DNA of 64,000 nucleotides from SAR324 cluster bacterium (GTDB lineage Bacteria; SAR324; NAC60-12): NCBI GenBank assembly GCA_015231885.1, contig JADGAT010000016.1, positions 660 to 64,659 of the forward strand, read 5' to 3'. Shown piece by piece: positions 57,607 to 64,000 of this stretch (position 1 is its first letter; each line of letters starts with the position of its first letter). The notes under the pieces were generated by a model. It saw only the letters and a program-made list of their open reading frames with translations, ran no database searches and was not told where the DNA came from. The position numbers and the translations under genes were made by a program.

Positions 57607-58422
57607 TTATAGATAATATTCGGGTCGTCGATGCTCCATCACCGGCATCCTTTTTCGAATATCTATCAGATAATCCAGATCAATGGTTCCAGAAACAATG
57701 CCAGGATATTCTGATGCACAGGAAATAACGGTTCCCCACGGATCAATCAACACACTGTGCCCATAGGAATATCGATCGCCATAGTGCCACCCCCATTGGG
57801 CAGGAGCGGCGATATATGCCTGATTTTCAATAGCTCTTGCACGCAATAAAGGAAACCAATGGTGTGTTCCTGTTTGTAAAAAAAAAGCAGCCGGAACAAA
57901 AATAATCTCTGCGCCTTTCGCTCGCAGGCTCTGGAATAATCCAGGAAAACGCAAATCGTAACAAATACTCAAACCAATCTTGCCTATTTCATGGTCAACC
58001 ACCACCGTCTCAGAACCAGGTCTGATATTTTTTGATTCTACATTCTTTAAGGAGGGAGAGTCAATATCACAAAGATGAATTTTTCGATACACCCCTTGAA
58101 TATTTCCTTGGCGACCTATCAGGATGGAAGTATTGTATAAATAATTGCTGGAGCCCTGCACCGATTCATAGATACTTCCCATTAGAATAGAAATATGATA
58201 GCAGGAAGCATACTCTTGAAATGTTGTTACAATTTCACCATCAAGTCGTTGCGCAATTTTCAATTTATCTTCTTTTTCATCTCCCACGTAAAGGAAAGTT
58301 TCTGGGAATGCGACCAAATTCAAGCCATCCTGGCTGGCCTTGCAAATTTGGGCATGAGCAAACTCCAAATTCCTTTGATAATCATTGGTGGAGTTCATTT
58401 GAACCAAACCAATACGGGTCAT
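57607..58422 (-). CDS. Carbon-nitrogen hydrolase family protein (nitrilase/omega-amidase-like)
   Basis: Glu-Lys-Cys triad context 'VAFPE', 'RKIHL' and 'GLSICYD'. 271 aa. Confidence 0.85.
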   Translation of the reverse strand: MTRIGLVQMNSTNDYQRNLEFAHAQICKASQDGLNLVAFPETFLYVGDEKEDKLKIAQRLDGEIVTTFQEYASCYHISILMGSIYESVQGSSNYLYNTSILIGRQGNIQGVYRKIHLCDIDSPSLKNVESKNIRPGSETVVVDHEIGKIGLSICYDLRFPGLFQSLRAKGAEIIFVPAAFFLQTGTHHWFPLLRARAIENQAYIAAPAQWGWHYGDRYSYGHSVLIDPWGTVISCASEYPGIVSGTIDLDYLIDIRKRMPVMEHRRPEYYL

Positions 58423-59714
58423 GATGCTTGCTCTCCTTGAAAATGAGATGAACCAATCTGGTGACGCAGCCGACTTAGATTGCCAGAAGGAGCGGTCAAG
58501 GTCAAATGAATGCCGTCATCCATGTAATCGATTTGATCCACTCGGCTCCATTCATAAACATGGGCCAGGTTGTGGGACTCCTGATAATCCAGGCAAATGG
58601 AGACGGTCTTCATTTTTTGATCAAAAAATTGGATAATCTTCTTCCGTAGTTTTTTTGCAACATCATCATTTTGTGCTGAAACAAAAAGAGCCTGAGGATA
58701 TTGTTTCTTCATGATCAATAGTTGAGTCGGACTTTTGATTTGGTCAATTTTATTAAAAACCATAATACGTGGAATGCGATTGGCTTCTAATTCATCAAGT
58801 ACTTGCAGAGTGGTTGTGATGTGTTCTTCATAATCGGCAGCACTGACATCAATGACATGGAACAACAAATCAGCATCTCGAACCACCTCCAATGTGGAGC
58901 GAAAAGAAGCGACCAGTTCATGAGGCAAATTTTTGATAAAGCCCACCGTGTCAGAAAGTAATATCTGAGGACGGTTTTTTTCATCCAGCATACGGGTGGT
59001 CGAATCCAGGGTTGCAAAAAGTTTGTTTTCCACAAGCAGTGCTGATTCGGTTAATGCGTTCATTACTGTTGATTTTCCGGCATTGGTATATCCAATCAAA
59101 CTGACTTTCAAGCAATGGCTGCGGCGTTTTTTCTGGATATTGCGTTCATTTTCCACATGAATGATGTCTTCTTTCAAATGGGCGATTCGTGAACGAATAA
59201 CCCGCCGGTCGGTCTCAATCTGCTTTTCTCCCATCCCGCGAGACGCACCAATCCCTCCACGCTCCCGATCCAGGTGTGCCCACATGCCTACCAGCCTAGG
59301 CAGCATATATTGCAAGCGAGCTAATTCGATTTGTTTTTTTGCTTCGTGTGTTTTGGCATTGTTCACAAAAATTTCCAAGATCAGCTGAGTTCGATCCCAG
59401 ACCATGCACTTGAGAGAATCTTCCAGGTTTTTTCCCTGTTTTGGTGTGAGTAAGCCATCCACAATAACCAGATGGATATCAAAATGATGAATGGCTTCTT
59501 TGATGATGGAGAGTTTTCCTTTTCCGACAAATGTTGCCGGATGTATTTGGGGGCGGGCTTGAATGATCTGTTCCTTGACCTGACAGCCAACGGTAGTTGC
59601 CAGAGAAGCCAGTTCTTCTAATGCTTGAAGTGCTTCAGACTCTGTGTGTGACGGCAGCTGGACTTTGAGGAGCAATGCATTGCCCAACTCAATCACTTGA
59701 TGATCACTTATCAT
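58419..59714 (-). CDS. hflX: GTPase HflX
   Basis: HflX N-terminal domain. G-domain 'GYTNAGKST', 'DTVGF' and 'NKID'. 431 aa. Confidence 0.9.
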   Translation of the reverse strand: MISDHQVIELGNALLLKVQLPSHTESEALQALEELASLATTVGCQVKEQIIQARPQIHPATFVGKGKLSIIKEAIHHFDIHLVIVDGLLTPKQGKNLEDSLKCMVWDRTQLILEIFVNNAKTHEAKKQIELARLQYMLPRLVGMWAHLDRERGGIGASRGMGEKQIETDRRVIRSRIAHLKEDIIHVENERNIQKKRRSHCLKVSLIGYTNAGKSTVMNALTESALLVENKLFATLDSTTRMLDEKNRPQILLSDTVGFIKNLPHELVASFRSTLEVVRDADLLFHVIDVSAADYEEHITTTLQVLDELEANRIPRIMVFNKIDQIKSPTQLLIMKKQYPQALFVSAQNDDVAKKLRKKIIQFFDQKMKTVSICLDYQESHNLAHVYEWSRVDQIDYMDDGIHLTLTAPSGNLSRLRHQIGSSHFQGEQAS

Positions 59715-59753
59715 TTAATTGTTTCTCCGTCATTCATTTCCTTTCTTTTGGGT

Positions 59754-61514
<1,761 letters not shown>

Positions 61515-61675
61515 TTTGATCAGTACGTGTTGACGATTGTTAATAAATTGCCCAAAATAATTTCACCAAAATAAACTCACAATCGGTTTTCGTCAAGATG
61601 ATTTGGCATGGACTCATAATTCTTATAGCAAAACATAGACCAAGCTACAAAAAAAAATACCCTCAACCACTTCTA

Positions 61676-62857
61676 TTACTTTCTGGGAAGTTCCATGGTT
61701 TGTTTCAAAAAGGCCAGAAAACGTCTTTGATTGACCTCCAGTGTATACTCTTGATGCAGCAGAGAATTGGCCTGTTCGATAATCGATTGGCGCTCTTTAT
61801 CAGATTGCAGGGTCATTAAATGCTGTGCAAATGTCTGTGGATCATCAGCAATCAGGAAATGTTTTTTATCATTCCCTTGAATTCCTTCAGCTCCTGGTGA
61901 AGTGACCACCAGAGGGATTTTGTGCCACATTGCCTCTAAAATTTTCAATCGAGTCCCGCTGCCATAGCGCAGGGGAACCACAGCAATACGGGCATCTTTT
62001 AACGAATCAGAAATGGAATCAATTTCTCCCGTTGCAGAGACCCTTTGAGTGATGTCGTTACAAACCATCTGTTCCAGTATTTCTTGAGATCCACGTCCAA
62101 TCAATAATAATTCAAAATATTCAAACAAACGAAACGGATGCCAAACTTTTTTAAGAAACCATTCCAAACCATCTTGATTTTGAAATACAGTAAAATTGGC
62201 AGTCATGACAATTTTTTCGGGATTGATGTTGCTTTGTTCTCTTTCAAAATCAGGATAGAGTTCGGGGTAGATAAAATTTGGAATTTTGATTATTTTTTGG
62301 GGATGAACCCATTGTGCATAATAGGCTTTATCTTGTTCAGACACCACCATAAAACCATCTGCCTGTGGAAAGTATAGTCTTTCATGCAGTAGCTGAAAGT
62401 GATAGAGCAGCCACTTTTCCAAAGCTTTTTTTCCTGAGTAATGACTGATTTCCTGTCGGGTCAATTGTGCTTCTGAATTATGGGTTCCATAGATGACTGG
62501 AATGCCTCGTTTTTGAAAAAAGCGGATGTATTTTCCGTAAAATTGATAGTCAATGACAACCACATCAATGGGATCTTGTCGTAAAATCTGCTCGATGTGC
62601 TGGACCAATGCCTTGTTTTCCATATAATAGCGTGCAACCGGCTTCATGTGCTTTAAAAAGTCAAAGGGATGGAATTTGACATTGGGGAGAACTTCTGCTC
62701 CAGGAACCTTTTCCGAAGCTTCATTGCCAACAATTGCCTGCACAGAACCCAGGTTGGACAGGAGTTGAATCAAACCTGCAGCACGGATCTTTTCTCCACC
62801 TCGAATCGGATAAGGAGAAATATGACTCATGTATAAAAAACGAAAATCAAAAGTCAT
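61676..62857 (-). CDS. GT4/GT1-family glycosyltransferase
   Basis: C-terminal 'E-x7-E'-type motif and 'GSGTRLKILEAM' typical of retaining GT-B glycosyltransferases. 393 aa. Confidence 0.8.
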   Translation of the reverse strand: MTFDFRFLYMSHISPYPIRGGEKIRAAGLIQLLSNLGSVQAIVGNEASEKVPGAEVLPNVKFHPFDFLKHMKPVARYYMENKALVQHIEQILRQDPIDVVVIDYQFYGKYIRFFQKRGIPVIYGTHNSEAQLTRQEISHYSGKKALEKWLLYHFQLLHERLYFPQADGFMVVSEQDKAYYAQWVHPQKIIKIPNFIYPELYPDFEREQSNINPEKIVMTANFTVFQNQDGLEWFLKKVWHPFRLFEYFELLLIGRGSQEILEQMVCNDITQRVSATGEIDSISDSLKDARIAVVPLRYGSGTRLKILEAMWHKIPLVVTSPGAEGIQGNDKKHFLIADDPQTFAQHLMTLQSDKERQSIIEQANSLLHQEYTLEVNQRRFLAFLKQTMELPRK

Positions 62858-63066
62858 TTAGATGTTCCTTCCATTGACAAATACAGATCTATGTTTATGA
62901 TATATATATCCAGATTTTTTTCCCAAGAGTTTCCCCTATTTTTTCAAAGGAAGCTAGGGAGATTTTCAAAAACATTGCTGGACAACGACAGCAGGGTGCG
63001 AATTAATTTTATTTGTATATTCTGCTACTATCTTAGCGAAACATTTCGTTTAGATCCAGGGGGCTT

Positions 63067-64000
63067 ATGAAAATCATTTCGGTTGGCACAGCATTTCCAA
63101 AATATGAATACACTCAGCGACAATTAACAGAAGCACTTCTCCATGTATGGAAAAAGAAGTACTTCAATGTCGAGCGATTGCGTCTGCTTCACCAAAATCT
63201 ACTGGTTGGTACACGCCGCTTTTGCATTCCCCTTGAGGAAATTGCAGAATTGCAAGGTCTTGAATCTAGAACAAATCACTATATCACACATGCTGTCAAT
63301 TTAGGAGAAGAAGCAATTTTTAATGCATTAGAAACCGTTGGGTTGTGGCCCGATCAAGTGGATCACCTGTTTTTCACTTCGGTCACTGGAATTGCTACTC
63401 CAAGCATTGATGCCCGGTTGGTGAACCGTCTCAAAATGAAAAATAGTATCCGGCGTACTCCCATTTTTGGTTTGGGCTGCCTCGGTGGAGCAGCAGGAAT
63501 TGCCAGAGCAATGGATTATGTGAAGGCCTATCCAGACCATATTGCTGTTTTACTGTCGGTTGAGCTGTGCTCCCTGACTATACAAAAAAATGATCTGACT
63601 ATTCCAAATATTGTTGGAACCGGTTTATTTGGTGATGGTGCCGCAGCAGTGGTGATTGCCGGGGCAAATGTTGAACTGGAAGGCCCGAAGGCCATAACCA
63701 CTCGCTCTGCTTTTTATCCGGAAACCGAACGAATCATGGGATGGGATATTGTCGATGAAGGCTTCAAAATTGTTCTCAGCCCGCATGTCCCCAAAGTGGT
63801 AACAACCCATGCAAAAACAGATGTTCAGATCTTTCTGGGGGCCGTTGGTTTATCGCTGGAGCAAATTGAACATTACATCTGTCATCCTGGAGGACCAAAA
63901 GTCTTAGAAGCGTTGCAGGAAACACTGGGCATTTCTGCAGAAAAATTAAAATTGAGCTGGCAGACATTGAGGGAAATGGGAAATATGTCTTCTACCTCAG
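63067..64000 (+). CDS. Type III polyketide synthase (chalcone/stilbene-synthase-like), 3' end outside the window
   Basis: ATG at 63067 with a GGGGG RBS. Catalytic Cys context 'GLGCLGGAAGIARA', 'GDGAAAVV', and 'CHPGGPKVLEA' (His of the triad). Absent from the ORF track because it runs off the window end. Confidence 0.8.
   Translation, partial: MKIISVGTAFPKYEYTQRQLTEALLHVWKKKYFNVERLRLLHQNLLVGTRRFCIPLEEIAELQGLESRTNHYITHAVNLGEEAIFNALETVGLWPDQVDHLFFTSVTGIATPSIDARLVNRLKMKNSIRRTPIFGLGCLGGAAGIARAMDYVKAYPDHIAVLLSVELCSLTIQKNDLTIPNIVGTGLFGDGAAAVVIAGANVELEGPKAITTRSAFYPETERIMGWDIVDEGFKIVLSPHVPKVVTTHAKTDVQIFLGAVGLSLEQIEHYICHPGGPKVLEALQETLGISAEKLKLSWQTLREMGNMSSTS

Overview
This is a bacterial chromosomal window in which almost all of the sequence is coding. 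The lineage is uncertain; the many signalling proteins (RR-PP2C, cNMP-binding kinase, PilZ, GGDEF/EAL, hybrid kinases) would fit a spirochete-like or deltaproteobacterial genome. Reading left to right: (1) A Na+-translocating biotin-dependent acyl-CoA decarboxylase operon, probably methylmalonyl-CoA decarboxylase. It has a carboxyltransferase, a small membrane anchor, a biotin carrier and a beta pump subunit. It is flanked by a TRAP permease and two AEC-family permeases. (2) A 1597-aa multidomain protein with a PEP-utilizing-enzyme module (PPDK-type nucleotide-binding plus phosphohistidine domains). (3) A small accessory stretch with a VapBC (RHH-PIN) toxin-antitoxin pair and several hypotheticals. 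(4) An M16 peptidase, a response-regulator/PP2C phosphatase and a cNMP-binding histidine kinase. (5) A housekeeping block: rpoD, hemL, lon, ssb-ruvA-ruvC-yebC and rimO. (6) The main finding: a small minus-strand ArsC/Spx-family gene that the ORF track missed because it carries an in-frame TGA exactly where the catalytic Cys of the N-terminal CxxC motif sits (UTSC). A hairpin lies at the distance expected for a bacterial SECIS element, so this is a candidate selenoprotein. (7) moaB, a FAH-family hydrolase, and a signalling cluster: a degenerate-GGDEF/EAL protein, an orphan CheB-like methylesterase, and two hybrid histidine kinases. (8) An acyl-CoA synthetase, tRNA-Pro(CGG), and a YhaO/YhaN-like SbcD/SbcC nuclease-ATPase pair. 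(9) Hsp20, two PilZ proteins, a lipoprotein with four Cys-rich repeats, and a SPOR protein whose acidic repeats are encoded by a DNA tandem repeat. (10) birA, an orphan gspK-like gene, an RDD protein, murA (with Asp in place of the fosfomycin-target Cys), a CN-hydrolase and hflX. (11) A large hypothetical protein ending in a poly-Asp tail, a GT1 glycosyltransferase and a partial type III polyketide synthase. I saw no CRISPR array, no rRNA and no intact mobile element. A possible IS1-like transposase remnant lies between mmdB and the second AEC permease.
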